Shown here: positions 42,080 to 55,071 of the stretch, in pieces
How positions within the stretch are numbered: the first letter of the stretch is position 1
Layout of the letters: every line of letters begins with the position of its first letter
Assembly: GCA_023213395.1 (NCBI GenBank)
Contig: CM041465.1
Coordinates: forward strand, 119,915,741 to 119,979,740
DNA: 64,000 nt
Direction: 5' to 3'
Source of the DNA: Cycas panzhihuaensis
Taxonomy: Eukaryota; Plantae; Cycadophyta
Program-made: the position numbers and the translations under genes
Notes under the pieces: generated by a model
What the model was told of the DNA's origin: nothing
Seen by the model: the letters and a program-made list of their open reading frames with translations, nothing else
The model's database searches: none

Positions 42080-43112
42080 GAAAGGCATATTGGAAGAAAG
42101 AGGTGATTCTCCTTTGTGATGAAGGATGAGAGGTTAAGCACCAAACCAACAAAAGGCACCCCACTGTGTACAGAGATCTCTCTAATGAATAGCACTACAC
42201 ACCGCTAGCCTACGCAATTGATGACAACTGAAAAGACACTCCAAGATCTTTGAACATATCCCCCTCCAATCTCACAATAAACTAGGCAACAAAAAATAAA
42301 ATGTTTTTTTTTTTGGGGATTTGTCTTGGTCTCCATGGTCCAAATTCAATAATTCAAGAGTGCTTATCAACTTCTACTCAATCTCCATCTAAGACTGGTG
42401 TAAGCAAACTCTAACCTAGCCCATGGGATTCTTAAACTATGTCTCATATGCAAACAAATGAATATCCAAAGTGAAGGAAGTGGGCAAGTAAAAAGATCTC
42501 TTCTTCGAGAGGGGGGCAAAAAGGGATCAAAACAAGTCTACAGGTTGGTGAGGAAATGTGATTGGTTTGATAATCCTAGTTACAGTTGAAGCTCAACTGC
42601 TTAAACAATATACTATGATTCTAGATGAACTGCAATTCAATTCCTAGCACCAAATAACAAGCATCTTATGTTGCATGCCTTCTCCTATAGAACCCAATCT
42701 ATAACATTCATACAAAACCTAACCTTCGCACTATACATCTAAATCATTCCTAGAAATGTTACCTCTATTCCTAGACTAGAATATTTCTAAAAATATGATA
42801 GAGACCTACATTATATTCCATACAAACAAGTGCGTTACAAACTAGGACTACCTACAAATGGTTTTTTCCTTCATATTGGAAAAAGGAAAAGCCTTTTCAA
42901 AATAAGAAAAGGGCAAATGATACCTACCAAGCAAACAACATACTCATGTTGTTGCATCTATCCCAATGTGGAAGAGTGTTAGGATGTTTGGGTAGACAAA
43001 ATTTATCATGTATACAACAGCCAAAATTGCAAATAAAAGGATGAAACATAAAGGGAGCAAAGTAAGTAATTAATACAAAACATTGCATTATTAATACTAT
43101 AAAACCACTTAC

Positions 43113-43289
43113 CTGAAATGTCTCTAAGAGAAACTTTGTTGCTATCTCTTTAATTCCTTGCTTGGCTGCCGGTGTTATATGTTGTACAACAAGTATTGAT
43201 CGATATACATTTTCATCTTTCATCCGCATGGCATATGTTCGAAGGTCCTTTACTCCAACTTTGGCTTCCCCAGCAAAAAACACAAAGAT
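43113..43289 (-). CDS. RPB5: internal exon of an RNA polymerase subunit 5 (RPB5/NRPB5-family) gene
   Basis: 59 codons IFVFFAGEAKVGVKDLRTYAMRMKDENVYRSILVVQHITPAAKQGIKEIATKFLLETFQ match the RPB5 N-terminal domain; acceptor ttttccAG and donor GTaagt, phase 0/0, no stops. Confidence 0.92.
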
Positions 43290-43770
43290 CTGGAAAATCC
43301 TCTTGATGATTAGTAGCACATATCGTATCATGTAGAGAATTTAGAGGAGGAATTTAAAGAGCCAATATTATACTAAGTTTCAATAGAATCACACTTTTAG
43401 ACTAAGTAAATAAAATTTTTCATTTCTTAATGTTCTTACCAAATAACTATAATTTTTTCTCAACTTATTTAATAATGTTCATCTTACATGTTCCTTCCTA
43501 CAAACAGAGTTCGTAAATATCAAATTATCTACTAATCTCCCAAATTGATGAAAAGGTCAATTTAGAAAGTGTGAAAAGCCAAGCAACAAAGAGTATTAGT
43601 ATGGAGGAAATGTTTAAATATTTTTCCACAAGCCAATGTTTCTAACAACTAGTTTTTGGCTACACATTCAATGCACATTTATAATATTAAAACATATTTA
43701 CAATGGCAAACTTGGACAATATATTGGACTACATCAACCCCTACCATCCCTACCTACCCCAACAATCAAA

Positions 43771-43776
43771 TATATA

Positions 43777-43820
<44 letters not shown>
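43771..43820. repeat. (TA)n microsatellite
   Basis: About 25 TA units, one interruption. Confidence 0.95.
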
Positions 43821-43824
<4 letters not shown>

Positions 43825-46800
43825 AATCTTGCAAGTCAACAATTGACTTTCCTCCCCTTTAAAAAATAAAAATAATTTTTTTTTTTTTAAATCCCCAAGT
43901 TGCTTTTCCACAAATACAAACTCTAATATTTTGCTACAAAATACAATTTCTCTTGACTATGTTTCTACCCAAAAGGACTTAGGGGCCATTATAGTAGACT
44001 CTCCCAAGGCCTTTCCTTCATTTTTTGGCATAATTTTTAAACAAGTACTTTATATGATGTCTTCTGGCATAGCATTTTTTTCGTATAACACTACTACAAC
44101 ATGACTAAAGGATTGGTTTCAATATGTAATTTAATAAAAAGTAGTTTGGATAAGTATTGCCAGAGAGAATAGACTATGTTATTTTAGGATGCTTCATTAC
44201 AACTAAGGACAAAATAAGGAAGTCATGAAGCAAATTAATTATTTCTCACTTGAAATTGAGGTGTGGATGATGAAAGCAATCCTTTTTCCACATATTAATG
44301 TCTTAAACATTTTATTCATTATTTGTAAGAATATTCTAACTAGAAGTAGGAGCTTGTGCCAATGCTACTTTTAATAAAAAGAAGTTTTGTTTAGACGTCT
44401 TAACTACTCATTGCCACATGTCCCATAACTTTAAGTGATTTTTAGCATCAATGAAAAGGTTTGCCACCAAAATCATCTATTCATCGTTTTATGTACCATG
44501 GTGATCCTACCTCATGTCCCCCTCTAGGTTCTTTATGTGCTTGGCAAATGATAACCCATACATCATGCTAGTATATATAGCATATCAATACCTTATCAAG
44601 TCCCATTCAATGTAATTCATACTATTTGAGATGATAGGAAGTTGCTCTTCTAGTGTCATTTTGCTTCTCTATTTTCATAAATCTAGACTGTGCTTTCCCT
44701 ATTGCTAGAAATCTTGTTATCCATGTCTAACATTCAAGTGCACCCTCTGTCTGAAATAGTTGGGCATTAATTGATAATGCACAACGTTTTGACAAAGTAA
44801 TTAATTAAGTTAACCTTAGATAGGGGAAGCCACCTAAATGGTCTGTAACAGATGAGGATAGTTATGCTTTGTATAAATATAGGACCTCACAGCCTAAGAA
44901 CATAGGTGAGAAATATGAACAAAACATTTATATCTTACTAGATGACTCTACATGTTGTAGTGCCACCACATAGTGGGTTGCTGTTGGACACAACAGTTAT
45001 TTCAATGCAATACGAAAAAACATACATAAATGGTTAATCATACAAGTTCAATATTATAAATCAATAATTCAAGCATAGACAATACCAATCTCCTTCATCA
45101 CCCATTTTTATTATCTATGTTGTTATCCTAGGGTACTACTACTCTCACTGGCAGCACCATAGAATAGTGAATGCTTACAAGTGAGATCACTCACAAAGTA
45201 TACAAAAGTCTCAAAAGGGAAACCAATCTAAGTCTAAGAGAGTTACTCTCTCAAATGTTGCCTGATTCTTCATATAATTTCTACTAACAATTATTATAAC
45301 TACTTATCCTTCCAATTGGGCTAATGACCCTTGTATTCTGGCTTGGGCTCATTCTGAGGGGCTTTCCTCCCATTATGATCTCACCCAAGTTGGTGAGGAT
45401 CCTACCTACTATCACACTGAATCGATTGAAGGTTGCCAAAACCCTCAACTGCTTCCTATGCATGTCATAGGAAGCCATCAACCTAGGGATCCTACTTCAT
45501 GTTCCAAAGGGTCCCCCCAACCTATCCATCCCATTTCGATTGGCAAGGGAAGGCTTCCTCCTCTTACGACCAACTGAACGCTTCTTATAGGGACGTAGTT
45601 GAAGCCTTACATGAATGCTCCAAGGTCGCAACTGCGCAACCACTCCCTAAGTGGTTGCATAGGTTCCTTCAAACCTCAACTCCCTCATCTTTCGTCATTC
45701 ACCCTTCTTCATCTCTCCCTTCTGCTTCCTCTACCCTGCAGGAAGCAGTTCCAGTGGGGCATGTTTCGACATGCAGCCCTCCTGGCCAACTGACCACTTT
45801 GGGTATACAAACCCCTCCAACGAGGGTAAGTATGCCCTCACTTTCAACAAACATGCCCCAACCCATTACCACACCTACCCCTTCTGATCCCTCGACCATG
45901 CCCTTCTCTGTAAGCCATGCACGACATGGGAGCACGACTTTCATCCGTCCATGGCCACAACCCATGGGCCTTTCACTCTTCATCCCTTTAGAATACACAT
46001 CTCAACCCTGGAGGCATGGGGGATCAAATCCCCATCCTACATATCTGGTTGATCTCCTTCATCCTTATGAGGTTACCCCTCTCCTCGAGGGTCCATATGG
46101 GCAAAACCCCATTCCCCATCCTATATCCTATCAACCTTGTTCTATGCCTCATGTAGGTACTTCCTCACATGTTTTCCCATCCGCTCCAATAGCAGTGTAT
46201 CCTCGACCTTTGCACCCCCATGCGGCTCATCCTCGATCTGCAACAAGACCCTCTTGCCCACCTCCTTATTCGACGATCCCCCATGCGGGGGCCACTTACT
46301 CATGTCCACCAGGAGGGATATCCTACCCTCCTACCTCCTATGACCCTTGACAACAAAGGCGCTATCCCTATGACGCCACGTCTTACTTACCGCATGTAGG
46401 AGGTGGGCATCTGTATTCAACATTCCCCCATTCTCACGTTGATCCGTCAGCCCAACCAGGCACCCGTCCCTTTGTTGAATATCGGTCAACTCCTTTATCT
46501 ATCAAGGCGCTAAGAACCAACTTGCCACCTCACCCTCCTCAGGGGTCCAAGTTTAATGGTACCTCTTCCCACAACCCAATGGGCCATGTCAAAGTGTTTG
46601 CCATGGCATGCATAAATTATTGGGCTTATGATCACATTTTGATGAAGCTTTTTCCTCGATCCCTCTAGGGAGACACCCTCAAGTGGTTTTATCGTCTCCC
46701 TGCTCACTCCATTTTCACCTTCCAACAATTAGTTGACAAATTCATCAACTATTTCGATGTTGCTTGGCCTTTTGAGAGTGGGGTTAAAACCCTACTCTCG

Positions 46801-49653
46801 CTTAAACAACACCCCAAGGAATTGAACCGTGACTTCATGTGGCAGTTCCACAACCTCCTTCACTCTTCCAAGGCCACATTACCTGAAGAGTTGAAGAGAG
46901 ACCTCTTTGTCAATGCATTGTGCCCTGAGGTGCATGCTGAGGTCGTGAAATGGGAGGGACCTCTTGTGATTCCGCCATAGCCAAGTGCTTGGCGTTACAA
47001 GCTATTGAGATCCAAGCCAGTCTCAAGAAGCTTCCTAGGCAATCACAACGTCGTGAGGCACCCCTTCCCTCATGGGACCAAAAGGGGCAACAACTTCTTT
47101 CTAGGACTCTTTTTGGTACCACCAACAAGACCCTAGACTCTCTCACCTCGGCCATTCGCTCTTTTAAATGTATAATTAAGGATCTTAAATTGGAACCAAC
47201 CCAAACCTCCCCTAACTCCCAACATCCAATCCATCAAACTTCCAAGACCTCCTCATCCACGGGTACCAACACTACTTCTCAAAGGAAAAGGGCATGCTTC
47301 CCTCTTGAAAAGAAGCATTGTTCCATGCATGGGGAGTGTTTCCATGATGACTCACCCTAATCTTGCTCCATCCCGCGAGTCCCCTTCTCAAGGTGCTTCC
47401 AAGCCAAACTTGGAACAACCTATATATTCAGACCCGTTCCCCAACCAAGAGGAATGACATCATTCCCCTTAAAGTAAAAGAGTGAGGAATAGGAGGCGAA
47501 CTCCTCCTCATTCCTCGGACCAGGCCAAGGGCAAAGCCCCTGCCAATCCCTTTCCTCTTCCTAACCTACAACTCGTCATACTTCCTCTTCTCATTCTAAG
47601 AACAAGGAGAGGAAAGTTATCCAGTTGCTGGAGACCGCCCCAGTGTACCTTATTATGCAATCCCAAGCAACCAAGGAGGTTGGTGAAGCCTCCTTTTCCC
47701 AACAACAACCCCTTGTAGATACTCCTCTTATGGAGATCCCTATTGTCCCAAAGATAATCCTTGTTCGTCCTGGGTGTTATGATTTCAGGAGGACTCTTCC
47801 CCAACCCATAGGGAAGGGGAAGGCCTTCTCCATTATCTAAGAGTTACACTCGGTGTCTGCAGGAATGTCCATGATGGACATTTTGAGGAGTTTGCCCGAG
47901 CAACATGCTCTTCTTCTGGAAGCTCTTGGTCAACGAGATGCTCCTATCCACGTTCTAGGCACTACCGCTCGTGGACCCCCTATTATTTCGTTTGACCCTC
48001 GAGATCTTCTATCTCCTAGCGAACGGGAACGCTTTTGGCATCTCTCGCTTGTTATTACCATTGACACTCATGATTTCACTCTGAAGAAGACCGTCGTAGA
48101 CAACAGCTCTTCGGTGAACGCCATGCCCATACACATGGTAGAGGCACTAGGCATAAAGGCTCTCGAGCACATCCCTTAGAAGTGTCAGGTGTATGACAGC
48201 AGCGAAAAATCTCCCTTAGGAACTATTACCCTTCCGCTCACCTTGAAGGGGAAGACCGTTCAAGCGAATATTGTTGTGCTCGACATTAATGTCGATTACA
48301 ACCTCCTGTTAGGTCCACTATGGCTCGATCAAATGGGGGTCGTCTACTCCTCACAATGGGGGCAACTCAAGTTTGTCCATGAAGGCCAAATCAAGGTTAT
48401 TACTTGTGAGCTTCCCCCCGCTCATATGTCTCCTCCTACTTGCCAGGCTATCTTCAATGCCAGATAGTGATCCTGATGAGCCTCTTCCCTCTTTAGGGAA
48501 ACCTTTTACAAGGTCCAACTCCTACCAGGATGGGCCTCCATCTCACCTTGAACCCAATCCAGTTAGGCTCACTCCCATTGGCATAGGTAGCTACGGTTAC
48601 CTGGCCATCATGAGCAACTCCAAGTCAAATGTCGAGGGCCATGAACCCCCTCCGCAGTGTGTCGCTCATGTTTCTCGAACCTCTAGGGAAGCGTCCCATG
48701 AGAACCTTCCCTCTCTTGCAGATCCTTCTATGGCTCCTGACCCGCTGCATCCGAACCAACCACTCTCCTCATTTTCTCACTCTACCCAAGCAATTTCTCG
48801 TGGGCATATGCGTCAACGCATCACTTGCAAGAACGCCATGTCTTCATGCCCTAGACCCCTGTCTAGAACCTGGGCTCGTTTCGCCCGCACACCCCCTTGC
48901 CATGCCATCCATTATGTGACAGGCTTGCATCAGTTTGGTTCTGACCAAGCTATTGTTACTCATAAACCTAGCCATGTGTCTAGGCCATTGTCGCCCCATG
49001 TTAGGCCTACCATTCATGACTCTTCTTTATCCACCCCTACCCTTGGCTCAAATGGTGATCCCTTAATTATCCATACCGATGGGGGTAGTCGTGGGAATCC
49101 CGGGCCATCAGTTGCTGCCTAGGTTATTTGGGATTGTCATAGGCATACCCTCATGTGATCTAGAATGTCTTTACCTAATGCCACCAACAATGAAGCGAAG
49201 TACGTCGCTATCATAGAGACGTTGACGAATACCCTCTGTTTTCATTCTGACCCTATCACCTTATGCTGTAATTCTGAGATCATCATATCCCAAGTCACAC
49301 AGGTTTATCACATCCTCTCCCTGCGTCTAAGGCTCCTAGCCATGATAGCTAGGTCTCTCTTAGCTAAGTTTGCCTCCATGGACATCCACTGCATTCCGCG
49401 TGAGCTCAATATTGAGGTTGATAGCCTCTTAAACTTTGTCCTAGAGCGTTCCTTGCCTCTCATGCATGACTCTCCTCTGACCCGACTGTTCACCTATTGA
49501 GGCAGCTCAAGGGGGGCAACCCCCCCTGGCCTCACCTTCGAAGGGCATTCATTGATGAGGCAAAACTACAGTGATAACCCCTATTTGTATCTTTCCTTTG
49601 GAAGCTTCACCACAAAGTGGAAGCTCCCTTCACTCTGAAATGAGCCTAAACTA

Positions 49654-52600
49654 TGTTGGTATATAATGTTTTATCTAAGTGAGAAAGGGGGTCATGTTGA
49701 GACCACCCTCAAATGTAACTCCAATATGAGACTGTGACACTTGGCGGGTCCTAGGCGTCGGTTACATTTCAATATGTAACAGTCACATTCTTGATGTATA
49801 TTTAAGGAGATTAAAACTCAATGAAGATAACCCATCTTTCCCTTCTCTGAATAAACCTTGTTTAGTTTTTTCTCCTCTATTTTTCATCATGGTATCATAG
49901 CAGGTTACTCTGTCTGATTAAGAGAGGGCTTTTTGAAGACAACTTTGTGGCTGAAGACAAAGGAGTCATCTGAGAGACCAGCAAGGGTGAAGAAAGTGCA
50001 GAAGTGATATTAAAGACATGGTCGTACGGACAGAGTACGGATCCGCATAATTGTATGCAGACGAAATTTTCAAACCTCTCGTAATCGACGAAAATTTACC
50101 GCCAGTAGATCTCAGTGTTCCCGTCACTTTTCCCTTCTGGGTCGACTCCATCTGATGAAGATTTAAGGGGCTTTCGGGATGTTTTACAGCCGCGCGGGTT
50201 TTTGAGGTATTATAGCAGATTCCTCTTGATTTCTTCGAAATTTCTGAAACAAGTCTGATCTGAAATTTGTGTCAGAGCCTGAAGAAGAGATTGAGACAAG
50301 TTCTTTGGAGTTTTTTTGAGTATTTTGTCAGATATTTGCAAAATCGGGTTTTAACCTAGGCGCCCAGTTTTGGTTAAAATCTCAGTTTTCTCTCAGACTG
50401 TTAACTATTTTAAAAAAATAACTTTGGATTCGGGATCACCTCTTCCTCCTCTCTCTTTTAAGGTACATTTTGTACCAGACCGTACAAGTGTAGGTCCGTA
50501 TGGAATTTCGTACAAAAGTACGGCCCAGACCCTAACAGTTGCTCCTTGTCTCTGAAAAACGTCCTCCACACTCATCTCTCTGCCTGAACCAGAGAAATTG
50601 ACTGATTCCAACTATCATGTTTGGAAAATTAAGGTGGAAACAATTCTGAGGGTCAAAAATGCATGGAACATTGCTGAAGGAATGGAAAAACGCCCAACTG
50701 GCGGTGATGCCAAGCTAGGGAACTGGGAAGAAAGAAATAATATAGGTGTTCTTACCTTGAAAATGTCAATTTCCGATCCAATTCTGATTTATGTTGAAAA
50801 ATTAAATCTGGCATCTGAAATTTGGAAATGTTTAGAAAATTTGTATGGGCAGAAAAATAAGGCAAGAATAATTGCTCTCAAAGAAGAATTGTACAAACTT
50901 CATATAAAAGAAAATGAAAATGTAACGGAGTTCATGCATAAGATTATTACTATTCGAAATAATCTCTTGAGTGTCGGAGGTCTAATTTCTGAACAAGATC
51001 TAGTGGAACTTGTGACTTCAAGATTACCAAAATCATTTGATACAATCATCAACACTATCACAGATAGTGAGAGATTAGATAAGTTAACTCTTGATGAATT
51101 GACAGGTTTGTTATTAAGACAAGAACAGAGAAACACAAGGTATGAAAGCACATCAGAATTGGAGGATGCCTTTGCATCCAGACTAAACTTAGGATCAAGA
51201 GGAAGACATCAATTTCGGGGACAAAGTGGAACACCAGATTTCAGAAGACGAGGACGCTGGCAAGATCCAAGAGGACAGGGACGTGGCAAAGAAAACAGAG
51301 TCTATTTCAACTGTGGAAGAACCGGACATTTCGCCAGCAACTGTAAAATCTTTGATATATGTTGCTATTGCGAACAAAGCAGGCACTATCCTTATCAGTG
51401 TCCACAAAGACGAAGTGAGATCCAGAAAGGAAAAAGACCTGTTGGAGGATATAGTAAAGAAAAAGACGAAGAAGAGGAAGAAGAGACTGCCTTCATCACT
51501 ACCTTGGCCACCAGTATGAAAGACAAGAACATATGGTATATAGACTCAGGAGCTTCCAGACATATGACAAATCGAGAAGAATGGTTTGAAACTCTGAAAC
51601 CCTGCAATCTAGACAAATCAGTAGAATTGGGTGATAAGTACTCCCTTGATATAAAGGGGATTGGAACCATTTCTGTAAATCTTGATGGAAATGCAAAAAG
51701 GATCGGAAATGTCTTGTTTGTACCAGGTCTGAAAATGAACCTTCTCTCTGTCTCTCAATTGAGTAAAAAAGGATTGAGAACCATTTTTGATGAAGATGGG
51801 CACTGTCATATTCTAGATATGAAGAGAGATGGGGAAATTATTGCAAAAGGAGTAAGATGCAATGATCTTTATAAACTTCTATCAGATCCTGTACTTCCTT
51901 ACTTGGAAGTAAAAGCTTGTACTGCTTCTAAATCTAATAATAAAGCTTGGCATTTGAGGTATGGACATCTCTCAATTGACTCATTAAAACTAATGGAAAA
52001 ATTAGGGATGGTGAATGGTTTGCCTAGCATTTCATCAGATATCTTTGTATGTAAAGGCTGTCACCTAGGCAAACAGCATAGACATCCTTTTAAAGAAAGT
52101 GTCTGGAGAGCTCAGTCAAAGCTAGAATTGATACATACAGATATTTGTGGTCCAATTACACCACTCACAATTAACGGATGCAGATACTTTCTAACATTCA
52201 TTGATGACTTCACTCGGAAAGCATGGGTATATTTCTTACATAATAAGTCAAAAGTCTTTGAAACATTCAAAGAATTTAAAGCAGAAGTAGAACTAGAGTC
52301 AGGGACAAAAATTAAATGTATCAGGTCAAATCGAGAAGGGGAATATATTTCGAAGGAGTTTCTAAATTATTGCAAGGATCGAGGAATTCGTAGACAAGTT
52401 ACAACTCCTTACACTCCTCAGCCGAATGGAGTAGCCGAAAGGAATAATAGAACTCTAATGGAAATGGCTCGAAGTATGGTTTATGGAAAAAATATACCAA
52501 AATCCTATTGGGCAGAGGCAGTAAGCACAGCTTGTTACTTAATAAATAGAAGTCCCACAAAAGCTCTGAAGGACATCACTCCAGAAGAAGCTTGGATAGG

Positions 52601-54981
52601 AAAAAAACCCGATGTAAATCTTCTCAAAGTTTTTGGCAGTCAAGCATTTGTTCATGTTCGGATAAAAAAGATCCAAACGGATGCAAAAGCATAGAATGCG
52701 TTATGATAGGCTACAGTAAAAATTCAAAAGCCTATAAATGCATAGATCCTAAAACTAACAAAATCTATGTAAGCAGAGATGTCATTTTTAATGAAGAAGA
52801 TTCTATTAAATCTTCACAAACCAGAATAATAGAAGGGGGTGAAAAGGAAATTGAACAAGAAGCTGCAAGAAACACTGAAAATGAATCAGAAATCACTTCA
52901 GAAGAAGAGGCACAAGAAGCTGAGCAGGAAAATGAATCAGAGATCACTTCAGAAGAAGGAGCACCAGAAGTTGTAAAAGACACTGAGCAAGAGAATGAAT
53001 CAGAGATCACTTCAGAAGAAGGGGCAGCTCATCCATCATCAACAAGTGAAACTAATCCAGATCAAGTAATAGAAGATTCCAGTGGGAAGGAAGACTCACG
53101 AAAATGGAAAAAGTTGCCAAAATGGTATATTAAAACAATTGAGGAAGGGAAAAGTAATATAATGGAACAGAAAACAAGAGGGTATAGGTCAAAAGCTCTA
53201 CTAAGCAAAGTCGAACCTCAAAGCTTTCAAGAAGCAAAAGATCATCAAGAATGGAAAGTTGCAATGGACAATGAAATGAATTCAATCAGAAAGAGTCAGA
53301 CATGGGAATTAGTAGAGCGCACCGCCAACAAATCATTGTAAGTGCAAATGGGTTTACAAAACAAAAAGGGGAATGGATGGTAAGGTAGAAAGGTATAAAG
53401 CAAGATTAGTCGCAAAAGGATATACACAAACAAGTGTGGATTTTGATGAAACTTTCTCTCCAGTAGCAAAAATGAACACTGTGAGAACAGTAATAGCTTT
53501 GGCTGCAGCACAAAATTGGAAAATCTCTCAATTGGACGTAAAAAGCGCCTTGTTAAATGGCGAATTAGAAGAAGAAGTCTACATGCAACAACCTGAAGGG
53601 TACATTGAAAAAGGACAAGAAAATCTGGTCTGCAGATTAAAAAAGGCTCTGTATGGTCTAAAACAAGTTCCTCGGGCTTGGCATGCCAAACTAGATTATT
53701 TCCTCGAAGAAAATAAGTTCAAACGATGCAACTCAGACTCCAGCCTCTACATAAGGAAAAAGAATGACAAGATAATAATAATTGTAGTCTATGTTGATGA
53801 TATGCTTCTTACTGGAAATGATGAAGGAGGAATCAAAGACATCAAAGATCAACTTCAGAGTAAATTTGAAATGAGACTTGGGTTCGCTAAACTATTACTT
53901 GGGATTGGAAATAGGTCAATATCAAAGTTACATAACCTTGTCCCAGAGCAACTACATCAAAAATTTACTTGTTCGATTTCAGATGGAGAACTGCAACCCG
54001 TGTACAACGCCCATGGAAACAAACTGTGACTTAATGGCAGATAACATGGAAAAAGATGCTGATGTCACTTTATATAGACAAATGATTGGAAGTCTAATTT
54101 ATTTGACAACTACCAGGCCTGACATATCCTATTCAGTAGAACTAGTATCCAGATACATGCAAAATCCAACATTAAGACATTGGTAGGCTACAAAAAGAAT
54201 TTTGAGATATCTTAAAGGAACAATAGACCTTAAGTTAGTATACTTAAAAGGATGCTCAATCGAAGTGTCAGGATATTGTGACTCCGACTGGGCTGGAGAC
54301 AAAGAACAAAGGAAATCCACCAGTGGATACTGTTTTTTCTTAAGATCATCAACAATCTCTTGGTGTAGTAAGAAACAGGCTACAATTGCTCTTTCCTCTA
54401 CAGAAGCGGAATACAAAGCTCCTGCATTAGCAACTTGTGAAGCTATTTGGTTAAGACAACTTCTGCTCGACCTGGATCAACAACAAAAAAAGGCAACTTC
54501 CTTGAAGTGCGACAATCAAAGTGCTATCAAGCTGACCAAAAATCCAGTTCTGCACGCAAGAACCAAGCATATTGAAGTTCACCATCACTTCATAAGAGAA
54601 AAGGTACATAATAAAGAAATTGACTTGGAGTCTTGTTCCTCGTGAGAACAAGTTGCAGATCTTCTGACAAAGCCTCTTGGAAAAGAAAGGCTTAAATATT
54701 TAAGAAACAAAATGAGCCTATTAGAGATAAAACATTAAGAGAGGGTGTTGATATATAATGTTCTATCTAAGTGAGAAAGGGGGTCATGTTGAGACCACCC
54801 TCAAATGTAACTCCAATATGAGACTGTGACACTTGGCAGTCCTAGGCGATCGATTACATTTCAATATGTAACGGTCACATTCTTGATGTATATTTAAGGA
54901 GATTAAAACTCAATGAAGATAACCCATCTTTCCCTTCTCTAAATAAACCTTGTTTAGTTTTTTCTCCTCTGTTTTTCATCA
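49654..54981 (+). mobile_element. near-complete Ty1/copia LTR retrotransposon
   Basis: 236-bp LTRs at 49654-49889 and 54746-54981 (TG..CA, about 8 differences by eye), TSD AACTA, PBS TGGTATCATAGC at 49890-49901, PPT AAGAGAGGG. Confidence 0.97.
50559..54738 (+). pseudogene. copia gag-pol with about three frameshifts and two stops
   Basis: Zinc knuckles; protease WYIDSGASRHM; WHLRYGH; integrase LIHTDICGP..NGVAER; RT QLDVKSA..VYVDDML; RNase H CDSDWAG..RTKHIEVHHHFIRE. Confidence 0.95.
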
Positions 54982-55071
54982 AACTACCCTTCGTTTATGA
55001 TACTAAATACCCTTACAAGGGGCATGGTAAGTATGGAGGGGGGGATGGCACCCTCATGGGGAAGCATTACC

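Larger units (their letters stand above)
45304..55030 (+). mobile_element. Tat-like gag-protease-aRH element copy 2, interrupted by a copia insertion
   Basis: Pro-rich leader 45499..46350, gag about 46500-47360, protease VVDNSSSVN..YNLLLG, aRH IHTDGGSRGNPGPS..ATNNEAKY..RELNIEVDSL ending at 49500; sequence resumes at 54987 matching copy 1 at about 4008. Confidence 0.85.

Noticed and set aside
42924-43331. 135-aa ORF as a complete gene
   Set aside because: Only 59 codons between AG and GT match RPB5; the rest is intron readthrough.
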